This document shows positions 29,560 through 37,458 of a stretch of DNA of 47,925 nt, piece by piece; within the stretch, counting starts at the first letter, position 1, and every line of letters begins with the position of its first letter. This DNA comes from a virus (Duplodnaviria; Heunggongvirae; Uroviricota; Caudoviricetes). The notes beneath the pieces are model-generated. The model did no database searches. It was not told where the DNA came from and was given only the letters and a program-made list of their open reading frames with translations. The position numbers and the translations under genes were made by a program. Location of the stretch: IMG/VR virus record IMGVR_UViG_3300045988_143263. One strand, given 5' to 3'.

Positions 29560-30176
29560 ACCTCCCCAGCCAGCAATGCGGATACAAATCCGATATAGCT
29601 GCCATTATCATCAACATAACGAGACACCGCGCAGTCAAAACGATCCGCTTCCTCATCCGTTGCCGGGATTTTATGACCTCCAAATGACAGGTACTGAACT
29701 TTTACGCCTGATTTGGCCTCATCCTTCTCAAATGGGATATCCATACCCTCTGTGTCATCGTAGACCGCCGCACTCAATAAGTTATCCAGTTCGCGCTGAG
29801 TAAAACCAATTGAGTCCAGAGCAAAATCATCGGCCGCAAGATCTGCAAGCTCCGCGCTTAACAACTCTTCATCCCAACCAGCATTCAGCGGAATACGGTT
29901 GTCGGCCAGACGATATGCCTTCTTCTGATTCTCCGTTAGCCCTTCCAGAACAATGCAGGGAACGTCATCCATCCCCAACTGAGTGGCCGCAGCAATTCGA
30001 CCATGACCAGCAATTACAACGTTGTTCTCGTCTATCAGGATCGGATTAGTCCATCCGTACTCCTGTATGCTGGCAACAATCTGATCTACCTGCTCCACGG
30101 AGTGTGTGCGAGCGTTCTTTTCATAACCAATCAACACAGAAAGTGGTAAAGAAACCACATTAAGATGTTTTGTCAT
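29553..30176 (-). CDS. ParB-like nuclease domain protein
   Basis: 207 aa; NPILIDENNVVIAGHGR motif; paralogue of 26296..26886. Confidence 0.7.
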   Translation of the reverse strand: MTKHLNVVSLPLSVLIGYEKNARTHSVEQVDQIVASIQEYGWTNPILIDENNVVIAGHGRIAAATQLGMDDVPCIVLEGLTENQKKAYRLADNRIPLNAGWDEELLSAELADLAADDFALDSIGFTQRELDNLLSAAVYDDTEGMDIPFEKDEAKSGVKVQYLSFGGHKIPATDEEADRFDCAVSRYVDDNGSYIGFVSALLAGEVC

Positions 30177-30421
30177 GCCGTTTATCCGCTAAAATCCCCT
30201 CGCTTGTGCAAGCAAGTGGGCCTCGGTTTGTATCCACGGCACCCTGTGGGTATGAATGACTGTCGTCAGGTCGCAACTGACGGCGGTCGCCCACCTTCCA
30301 GTAATAAAAAAGCCACCAGCATTAACTCCACAGCGAGCTGGAGTTAATGAGGCAGCTTTGGTTTGCGCATTATCGCAGCCCCTGATTAGCACAAGAGCTG
30401 CTGTAATGCGTTACGCAGGGA

Positions 30422-30739
30422 TCAAACGGAGGCAGCCGTTTCGTCGTCTTCAAGTACCGCGCCTTCTGGCAAATCAACACAGGCAAAAACAGGGCAGCCA
30501 GGATAACGATCATCTTCCATCGCAATCAGCATCGACTCACCGAACCACTCTGTGGTAGCACGGCCATCAGCCGCCTGATAGTGAATCAGATACTGGTTTT
30601 CGCCATTTGCATACTGAGCACGGGCTTGAACTTCTCCCCACTCTTCACTGATACGCATTGTTACCAGTTGGGATAATTCAAACTTAAACGGAACAGACTC
30701 TGCACCAATGGCAATCGGTTTATCTTCTTTCTTTTCCAT
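30422..30739 (-). CDS. hypothetical protein (start trimmed to MEKKEDK)
   Basis: Internal ATG at 30739 preceded by an AGGTGA RBS and an upstream terminator; ORF-track start at 30808 would run through that terminator. Confidence 0.35.
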   Translation of the reverse strand: MEKKEDKPIAIGAESVPFKFELSQLVTMRISEEWGEVQARAQYANGENQYLIHYQAADGRATTEWFGESMLIAMEDDRYPGCPVFACVDLPEGAVLEDDETAASV

Positions 30740-30750
30740 AACATCACCTG

Positions 30751-30780
30751 AAAATAAAAAGCCCCGCGACACCGCGAGGC
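30751..30780 (-). terminator. rho-independent terminator
   Basis: Minus-strand hairpin gcctcgcg-gtgt-cgcggggc followed by UUUUUAUUUU. Confidence 0.45.
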
Positions 30781-30937
30781 TGTAAGAGTTACTTTCGATA
30801 TAAATCAAGGCGCATTTGCTCCCGCTTAAGCCGAAAAGCTCTCTGCGCCACTAAGATGCGCCACAAGACACCAGCAATAACCACCAGCGAGATACAAAAA
30901 CACACGGCCACAACCATCAGAAAAATGCCAAGACCAT

Positions 30938-31144
30938 TCATGAAACTATCCATTCTTCAATGAATATCTCCAGTAATGTCAAGAGATACGCCGTCCCCAG
31001 CGCGGTTCCTACCGATATAGCTAAGACAAACCTCAAAGATAACGAGGTGTCTTTCGCTTTTCTCCAGACGTAAGCGCCAGCCAGAAATACCAACAAATCT
31101 CTTATTGGAAGCGGAAACCAGAACAAATCACTCGGCAAGTCCAC
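30938..31144 (-). CDS. small putative membrane protein
   Basis: 68-aa ORF with two hydrophobic segments. Confidence 0.3.
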   Translation of the reverse strand: MDLPSDLFWFPLPIRDLLVFLAGAYVWRKAKDTSLSLRFVLAISVGTALGTAYLLTLLEIFIEEWIVS

Positions 31145-31146
31145 GG

Positions 31147-31602
31147 TTATATCCTTCCATTCATTTTTATCGGATGACCAGATAGCCTTACGCAGTTGAG
31201 CTGTAAAGCTCCGGTATCAACTAAATAATCAACTAACATGATTAGAGATTCATATTCAGCCAGATAGCTAACCTGACGCATTCGACCGCCGTTGTTCTCC
31301 AGAATGTCGGCCACCTTTGCAGCCAACTCGCTTAGACAGGAGAACTTATTCCCATATATCGTTTTATACTCGCGCTTCTGGCATTCTTCGGCTTGCGGCT
31401 GGTTATCGAGAACTATCAGCGACCGATAACTATCAAGGAAGTCCACAATCTCATTCAGGCACTCTTTGGCTGCCTCATCGTGACTTTTTCCGTATGCTTC
31501 ATGGAGGACTTTCATCCTCATCATTGCTCCGTCACATATAGTCGAAAGCGCGTAAAGCACATCACTAACCGCCATTTCTTTTTCGGTGCTTGTCGAAGGC
31601 AT
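31147..31602 (-). CDS. hypothetical protein
   Basis: 151-aa ORF co-oriented in an operon-like array. Confidence 0.35.
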   Translation of the reverse strand: MPSTSTEKEMAVSDVLYALSTICDGAMMRMKVLHEAYGKSHDEAAKECLNEIVDFLDSYRSLIVLDNQPQAEECQKREYKTIYGNKFSCLSELAAKVADILENNGGRMRQVSYLAEYESLIMLVDYLVDTGALQLNCVRLSGHPIKMNGRI

Positions 31603-31676
31603 CCCATGTTCTCCTTTGTCTGGATGTAAAAAAGCCCCGGCAATTGCCGAGGCTCGTTGTTCGTTATCGTTACGGT

Positions 31677-31877
31677 TTAATGCTCGCGTCGTCCGGCGAC
31701 AACTTCGGATTTGTATTTCAGGTCGCCCAGCAAGAATTGCAGTTTAAGCATCTTTGCCGCTGTGTAGTTCCCTGATTCCACAACCTCTTTCATGAGGTCA
31801 TAAACGGTCGCTACATCATCAGCCAGGAACTCTTTGCGTTGCTGCTCAGTCGCACGTTTGAAGGAAATACGCATCAC
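31677..31877 (-). CDS. hypothetical protein
   Basis: 66-aa ORF overlapping the upstream gene by 4 nt. Confidence 0.3.
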   Translation of the reverse strand: MMRISFKRATEQQRKEFLADDVATVYDLMKEVVESGNYTAAKMLKLQFLLGDLKYKSEVVAGRREH

Positions 31878-32143
31878 TCATCATCTCCTGCCGCACATAC
31901 AACCTCACAAAAAACATCAGCGGAATGTTTCTCCTTGAACGAATGACGCTCAAAACCGCACTCAATATCAGGCGCAAAAACATCCACCACATACGGTCTT
32001 TCAGAATGTTTGTTTTCCCAACGATAAACCGTAGTGACGTTGAAATGTTTTAACGCTTCACGGAACTCAACGCTGCCCGTCAGGTTTTTTGAGGTCAGGT
32101 ATTGCAGGAGGTTTTTTACTACTTCACGGTCTTGTACTTTCAT
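31874..32143 (-). CDS. hypothetical protein (first gene downstream of a repeated promoter-leader cassette)
   Basis: 89-aa ORF; ATG at 32141..32143 directly follows the conserved leader …ccggagataacccg. Confidence 0.4.
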   Translation of the reverse strand: MKVQDREVVKNLLQYLTSKNLTGSVEFREALKHFNVTTVYRWENKHSERPYVVDVFAPDIECGFERHSFKEKHSADVFCEVVCAAGDDE

Positions 32144-32255
32144 CGGGTTATCTCCGGTTTAACCAGGGCGGGTATCGCTCGGTTTCGGGTATAACCATAG
32201 GAAATTTTTTCCCATCCGTAAAGCACTTTTTATATAAATCTATAATTATATAATT
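32144..32255 (-). promoter_or_regulatory. repeated promoter-leader cassette, copy A
   Basis: Near-identical to 38527..38645 and to window end plus start; minus strand reads TATATAATTATAGATTTATATAAAAAGTGC-TTTACG-17 nt-TATGGT-leader with GGAGA RBS. Confidence 0.5.
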
Positions 32256-32843
32256 CTATGACACTTGCCAGAGAGCATCATGCAACTGGATACCTCCGTT
32301 GCACTGGTTGCCCCAGCCATGCCAGCCATCAGGTAAATCACCGCGAGCAAACAGCTCAATACGAGGAACATCGCCTAACAGCTTTACCAGCTTGTCACGG
32401 ACCACATCAGGCTTCCGAGAATGCTCCAGACGAGGCGATGTAAACGACTGAATGATCCCCGCATCAAGACGTGTCGGTAGTTTGCCTTTCACTGCAAACA
32501 AGCAATCTTCACTGTTTGCACGAGTCATATGCCCCATCCCCATCACCAGCTTATCTGGTTGTCGGCTACCACATTTGTTCCATGTGAAGCCCTTCATGGT
32601 CATCAGCCTGAATCCCCATGCTTTCACCACCAGCAACGCTTCTTCTGGCTGAGTCGGAACCCACCACATGGCCAACAAACACGATTCAGGATTAGCAAGC
32701 TGCCAGACAGGAATACGAGCAATATCCTCAGCTTTCATCGTTGGATACTTAAAACCAGCGCCACGATTCCCATCCTTACACTTGTCTTTGTATTCCCAGG
32801 GGGGATCTGCATAAATCAGATTAAACAATGCAATTGCCTCCAT
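32256..32843 (-). CDS. MT-A70 family N6-adenine DNA methyltransferase
   Basis: 195 aa; catalytic DPPW motif (LIYADPPWEY). Confidence 0.75.
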   Translation of the reverse strand: MEAIALFNLIYADPPWEYKDKCKDGNRGAGFKYPTMKAEDIARIPVWQLANPESCLLAMWWVPTQPEEALLVVKAWGFRLMTMKGFTWNKCGSRQPDKLVMGMGHMTRANSEDCLFAVKGKLPTRLDAGIIQSFTSPRLEHSRKPDVVRDKLVKLLGDVPRIELFARGDLPDGWHGWGNQCNGGIQLHDALWQVS

Positions 32844-33151
32844 GTTAGTTGTGTCTCCGGCGCTTATCTCCGGCAGTCATAACGCTGGCCAGCTCTACAG
32901 CAAACACAACGAAAAGGGCACTAACCAGACTGATTAATGCCCTTGCCTGTTGTGTGCCGGATATCGCCCGACAACGCTGTTTTGGTAACACGGCTACAGT
33001 TCCGTGCCGCTCCAGCTTTTACCCCTTTGCGGATAACAGGCCCTGCCTGTAACTTAGCCCCACGTTCGCCCGAAATGCGCACCAGGCACGCATAAAGATG
33101 AGCACGAAGGAAGTAACTCCACCGCGCTTATCTTTATGTGTGAGAGTGAAT

Positions 33152-33227
33152 TGGTGGCCCCTACCGGATTTGAACCGATGACCGTGCGATTATGAGTCGC
33201 CTGCTCTAACCACTGAGCTAAGGGGCC
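33152..33227 (-). tRNA. tRNA with CAU anticodon (tRNA-Ile2/Met-like)
   Basis: 76 nt; cloverleaf with acceptor GGCCCCU/AGGGGCC, GCUC/GAGC D-stem, anticodon loop CUCAUAA, GGUUCAAAUCC T-arm and 3' CCA; 5' half resembles E. coli ileX from memory. Confidence 0.8.
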
Positions 33228-33396
33228 ATATTTGATCTGTTTGTCTGGTGTGGCGCCGCGCACGAAAATCCCAGCCAATAAATTCAGGATTTTTGGGCGC
33301 GGCGGCATATCAGACAAACATGGTTGATGCGTGCGCTAATGAGAAAAGCGCATAGAATGTTGTAACTATATATTTATATAATTATAGAAATATATA

Positions 33397-33606
33397 TTAC
33401 TTTGGACAGTTGATTTCCCATGCCCTGTTATGAGCCAGAATATCTTTCTTTGTCTGGCGGTCCATAACATCGATATCGTGATCAGTCAGGTAGATGGGCT
33501 TTACCCAATCACAGGCGGTATCAACCACCACCGGGACGCTTCCACGACTCCCGCAGCTCGCGATCAACATCGTCATCAGCCATATGGTTAACACTCTGCT
33601 GTACAT
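33397..33606 (-). CDS. Rz1-like outer-membrane lipoprotein spanin (o-spanin)
   Basis: 69 aa; signal peptide with lipobox LIASC; overlaps the 3' end of the Rz-like gene in another frame. Confidence 0.55.
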   Translation of the reverse strand: MYSRVLTIWLMTMLIASCGSRGSVPVVVDTACDWVKPIYLTDHDIDVMDRQTKKDILAHNRAWEINCPK

Positions 33607-33799
33607 TGCCCACCTCTTTTGTCACTTCTATACGCCGCTCCGCAGTGGCTTTTACGGCGGCTGCATTCTCATTAATGCGCTGCTTTTCAGCTTCATCTTC
33701 GGCCTTTTCTCGCCCCTTCATACGACCAAAACCAAACGCGCCGAATGCAACCAATATAATTGTGCCAATAAATGACAAAACGGCCTTCAAACCAGTCAT
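33521..33799 (-). CDS. Rz-like inner-membrane spanin (i-spanin)
   Basis: 92 aa; N-terminal TM helix followed by a charged coiled-coil region; directly downstream of the endolysin. Confidence 0.55.
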   Translation of the reverse strand: MTGLKAVLSFIGTIILVAFGAFGFGRMKGREKAEDEAEKQRINENAAAVKATAERRIEVTKEVGNVQQSVNHMADDDVDRELRESWKRPGGG

Positions 33800-34338
33800 A
33801 CCACCACTCGCTCTTTCATCCAGCCGTAGACAAACGACTCATTCGCCTCGCGCTTCTCCGCCAACTCCAGATAGCGTTCGCCCTGCGTACAGTTCAGCGA
33901 CGTCAGCATCACCCGTTCGCCGTCTTTTCCCCGATTCCCAAGATAAGCACGCAGCGCATTAATGGTACGTGGACCGATTCGTCCATCTGCATCCAAATCG
34001 GGATACAGCTTCCCACGCAGATTGAACACATTCAGCCAGCGTTGAAGCATTTTGGACGCCACTGTTGGCCCCATATTCACACCGGTATCACACAGCTCTG
34101 CGGCAATATCAGAGGATAATGCGGCCACCTGATCAAAGCGTGGTCCGTACCAGTAATCAGCCTCAAGGATTTCTAGTGCCTGTTCGCGGGTTAAATCGCG
34201 CATATCGCCACGGTATCCATGAGCACGGGCAGTGTTCTGAGTAATGCCCCACTTTGTTGGGCCTCCCTTGTCGTCAGGGTGATCCACATAGCCGCCCTCT
34301 TTTCCAAGAATGCTGTTAAAAATCTCATCTTTGGTCAT
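33796..34338 (-). CDS. endolysin (GH108-type N-terminal domain with peptidoglycan-binding C-terminal domain)
   Basis: 180 aa; N-terminus MTKDEIFNSILGKEGGYVDHPDDKGGPTKWGIT typical of GH108 lysins. Confidence 0.75.
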   Translation of the reverse strand: MTKDEIFNSILGKEGGYVDHPDDKGGPTKWGITQNTARAHGYRGDMRDLTREQALEILEADYWYGPRFDQVAALSSDIAAELCDTGVNMGPTVASKMLQRWLNVFNLRGKLYPDLDADGRIGPRTINALRAYLGNRGKDGERVMLTSLNCTQGERYLELAEKREANESFVYGWMKERVVV

Positions 34339-34621
34339 GATTAAATCCTAATGCGTCAACTATCCGCGCCAGATTGCCCCTGAAATACAGAACAACGATG
34401 CAGATAATCAGATTTCCAATAACCACCAGCCAGTGGGATTCTTGATAAAGACCGAACACATAACGGAAGGGAACATTGGCGTATACAATGACGTAGATAT
34501 AAGCCAGAAAGGAAACAAATGGACGATGCCTGGAGTCTTTCCGTCGATAAAGCATCAGCGCCATTACTATTACTGTGCAAAGCACCGCATTAATCAGTGC
34601 TGACGGGTCACTGCTTACCAT
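34325..34621 (-). CDS. lysis-associated membrane protein (possible second holin/antiholin)
   Basis: ~98 aa from internal Met; three hydrophobic segments; between holin and endolysin. Confidence 0.35.
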   Translation of the reverse strand: MVSSDPSALINAVLCTVIVMALMLYRRKDSRHRPFVSFLAYIYVIVYANVPFRYVFGLYQESHWLVVIGNLIICIVVLYFRGNLARIVDALGFNHDQR

Positions 34622-35003
34622 TTGAACCCCCTCCACGTAAGCGGGAAAGCATTCCAAAGATGCTACCGAGATCCTGGCTGTTTACGAACGTGAGGATTTT
34701 AATTGTCAATGCAGCCACAATAACCGCACCAAGCGCATCAAGAGGTCGATCGTTGTAGCTGGTCCATTTGGCAAGAAATGAGCCAACTAACGGCGCTCCA
34801 ATCACTCCAACAATGAACGATGTAAAGAAATAGCCAATCAGCTTGAGACGGCTAATATTCACCGCTGTAGCAACATAGAAAACAGCGCCAGCAAATGCCC
34901 CGAATACAACGCCGTAATCAATACCAGTTGCAATACCAAAAACGCTGGCACCCATCAGGCCACCAGCAGCAACGGCCGTACCGGAAATTGGTTCTGCTGA
35001 CAT
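34608..35003 (-). CDS. putative holin (start trimmed to MSAEP)
   Basis: ~131 aa, Gly/Ala-rich TM helices; ATG at 35001..35003 has a GAGGA RBS and sits 12 nt after a terminator, so the ORF-track start at 35051 is rejected. Confidence 0.5.
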   Translation of the reverse strand: MSAEPISGTAVAAGGLMGASVFGIATGIDYGVVFGAFAGAVFYVATAVNISRLKLIGYFFTSFIVGVIGAPLVGSFLAKWTSYNDRPLDALGAVIVAALTIKILTFVNSQDLGSIFGMLSRLRGGGSNGKQ

Positions 35004-35015
35004 TGAAATCCTCGT

Positions 35016-35047
35016 TAAAAAAAAGCCCCGCCGAAAAAGGCAGGGCT
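35016..35047 (-). terminator. rho-independent terminator immediately upstream of the lysis cassette (tR'-like)
   Basis: Minus-strand hairpin AGCCCUGCC-UUUUUC-GGCGGGGCU followed by U8. Confidence 0.55.
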
Positions 35048-35553
35048 TCATAAAGCAACAAATTACGCGGTAATCGCTTAACGCAGTTTTACTACGTTAA
35101 ATGAAACACTACACCCAGTTACCACCTAAAACAAGGTTTTCCCATAAAAAAACCTTCATATCGTGGTTAATCGATCAATAAAAAAGCAATGTTCAACTTT
35201 TTACCAACCGAACATCCCGACCAGGACTTCCATAATATTCGCCGATATGCCACTGCTTAAGTTGAGTAATCTTCTCCAACTTAACTCCCATAGAGTCCAG
35301 TTTCTGCCATGTTTTCGGTTGTATGTGCTTCATTACCCGCTCTGAATATCTGAATACTGCTCGTAAGCGCATGGTTTCTCACTACAGCTTATATAAGTGG
35401 TTTTTCCAGCGGTTTTGCGCCGCGCTGCGCTTATCTTTGATTCCCTCTCTGGCAATTCCAGAATATAAGTACAACACCACACGGCGATTGCTAACTCTCA
35501 ACCACTGGCTGGGATAGCAACGTCTGTATACACGGGAAATAAGCATCTTTGCT

Positions 35554-35841
35554 TTACGGTTTTTCATCGTTTGCCCCCTGCTTTTCTGCCCTTAACACCA
35601 TGTGAGAACCATCATCCAGCTCCCAATTGATTTCACCGCCTTCTGCCATGACAAGATGCCAAACGAGTTGTGCGGCCTCGTTGGTTACATCACGACCGCG
35701 ATCATTGCCTACACGGCGTTTTGTTCCGTCACCTAAATCGCGCATTTTGGCCAACACGATGGTTTTTGATAGCGGTGAAAAACCAAGCTGTAGCCGTGCG
35801 GAATTACTCACTGGTTGCCCCCTGAATACGTTTAAACTCAA
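35554..35841 (-). CDS. hypothetical protein
   Basis: 95-aa ORF in a co-oriented accessory array. Confidence 0.3.
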   Translation of the reverse strand: MSLNVFRGQPVSNSARLQLGFSPLSKTIVLAKMRDLGDGTKRRVGNDRGRDVTNEAAQLVWHLVMAEGGEINWELDDGSHMVLRAEKQGANDEKP

Positions 35842-36481
35842 TTACCCATACCCACGGGTTAGATAGCCAGTTCTCTTGCCCGTAAATACCGCGCCAGATA
35901 TCACCAAAGCCAACGCGATAAACAGCTTCAGGTGGCGTAATCTTGTACGTCGCCGGAGTTGCGCCTTCTGCTTTAGCATCTGCCTCGCTCATGTCATGCA
36001 GCCGTTCCACACGCACGTCGGTAATTTCCAGCAAAATACGCGAAGCCCAGCGCGGCATGTGAATTGATGGACACCACCCGCCATCAAACTTTTCATTCAC
36101 AGTGTGAGGTTTCCAGTCAGTATCATCGGGTATCGACCACAGGCCGTAATCACCAGGCTTTTGCTCGCAACTGGCCCGATAAATCCTTGCTGCGTTCTTC
36201 TCATCGCCACGACAAAGGTTGTCGTTCCAGTCCACACTGCAACCATCCTCATTGCCTAATATCGCCCACGCTTCACGGACCCATATGCGATCACCAACGT
36301 TACCGAACGGGCATAAACCATGTTCCGGTGCATCCATAACGTGGGTATAGACACCATTGCGTTTCTTTGTCGGTTTACGGATAACCAGGCAGTTATCGGC
36401 CCTGACATTTTTTACAGGTCGGCGAGTCTGCGTTTTCCTTCCTTCGAGGATGGCCCGGACCATCTCATCGTTAAAAATCAT
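35804..36481 (-). CDS. hypothetical protein with ASCH-like N-terminal motif
   Basis: Start placed at MIFNDEMVRAILEGRKTQTRRP (the GRKT.T.R signature resembles ASCH/PUA-like domains); Cys/His-rich C-terminal region. Confidence 0.35.
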   Translation of the reverse strand: MIFNDEMVRAILEGRKTQTRRPVKNVRADNCLVIRKPTKKRNGVYTHVMDAPEHGLCPFGNVGDRIWVREAWAILGNEDGCSVDWNDNLCRGDEKNAARIYRASCEQKPGDYGLWSIPDDTDWKPHTVNEKFDGGWCPSIHMPRWASRILLEITDVRVERLHDMSEADAKAEGATPATYKITPPEAVYRVGFGDIWRGIYGQENWLSNPWVWVIEFKRIQGATSE

Positions 36482-36492
36482 GCCGCGCTCTT

Positions 36493-36804
36493 TCACTCTC
36501 CCTCCCACGTTTTCAGACTTTCACCACAAAACGGGCAAAATGAGACTCGAATAGGTGATTTAGAAAACTCACCGGAACGCAACATCACCAAATCAGGTCC
36601 ACGGGTTAAACTCTCATTCCAGATTTTGTATAGCAGTAAGCCTTTTCTTACTGAGCATTCAGCATCGTGCTCAAGAGACTTTGCCAATGCAGCACACGGC
36701 TCTATTCGATTGCCATTAATTCGACAATTTGATCCACTCACTTCAACTCCTCCCGACGACGTTCCTGAAGCTCTAGCATTGCGGCTCGGAAATCCTGCCA
36801 CCAT
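36493..36804 (-). CDS. hypothetical protein with C-terminal CxxC zinc-ribbon-like motif
   Basis: 103-aa ORF ending …SFCPFCGESLKTWEGE. Confidence 0.3.
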   Translation of the reverse strand: MVAGFPSRNARASGTSSGGVEVSGSNCRINGNRIEPCAALAKSLEHDAECSVRKGLLLYKIWNESLTRGPDLVMLRSGEFSKSPIRVSFCPFCGESLKTWEGE

Positions 36805-37103
36805 TCCTCATCTGCAACGGGGGTGTTCCGCTCCAGCACCTTGCCCGCATCGGCGATCAGGTTTGCCAGACTCTTGTCTGAAATCTTCGTTACCGGAGTC
36901 GTTGGTGGCTCAACCTGCCCGATAGGTTTTATCGTGCTCAAAAGGAGGCGACGGCGGGAAAGTGGTGCCCCACAACGACGGCCATCTTCCTTGCGATATG
37001 TTTCTTTCGGACCAACACACCAGGTTGTCGGCGTTTCGCGCAACTTCACTCTTTTCTCACCATCATTGGTAATGATTATTCCGGTATGGGTTTTGATGCT
37101 CAT
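36738..37103 (-). CDS. hypothetical protein
   Basis: 121-aa ORF. Confidence 0.3.
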   Translation of the reverse strand: MSIKTHTGIIITNDGEKRVKLRETPTTWCVGPKETYRKEDGRRCGAPLSRRRLLLSTIKPIGQVEPPTTPVTKISDKSLANLIADAGKVLERNTPVADEEWWQDFRAAMLELQERRREELK

Positions 37104-37381
37104 GCCACAGCCCCTCTCAACGGCTTAACTTTGGCTAATAAGGTGTTAAACAACATGGAGTTAGGATTCATGCCAAATGGCAATTCCGGTTTAGCGGAGT
37201 AGTACAGGCAACCATTTATTTTCCTGGTTGTTATCTGTCCTTCGGCAACCATGCTTCTCAGTCTGCAACGCATAGAGTTCTGCGACACACCAATGTGCTC
37301 CGCGATTACGTCCACTTTTGAACATGGGTGATCGGTCAGGAAATTAATCACATCTTGGGGGTTAATAATTTTGCGTTTCAT
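37100..37381 (-). CDS. putative winged-helix DNA-binding protein
   Basis: ~93 aa from MKRKIINPQD; wHTH-like segment VDVIAEHIGVSQNSMRCRLRSMVAEGQI. Confidence 0.35.
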   Translation of the reverse strand: MKRKIINPQDVINFLTDHPCSKVDVIAEHIGVSQNSMRCRLRSMVAEGQITTRKINGCLYYSAKPELPFGMNPNSMLFNTLLAKVKPLRGAVA

Positions 37382-37420
37382 TGTCGAGGCGTCCTTATAC
37401 ATTTATATAAATATATAATT

Positions 37421-37440
37421 CTATATACGGCGGGAGACGT
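37421..37440. terminator. GC-rich hairpin downstream of 37459..38526 (possible terminator/attenuator)
   Basis: cggcggga-gacg-tcccgccg, 8-bp perfect stem; no clean U-tract. Confidence 0.3.
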
Positions 37441-37458
37441 CCCGCCGTAGGCTTACTG

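Noticed and set aside
30852-30941. 29-aa hydrophobic mini-ORF between 30938..31144 and the internal terminator
   Set aside because: Too short and without RBS support; cannot be distinguished from noise without expression or conservation data.
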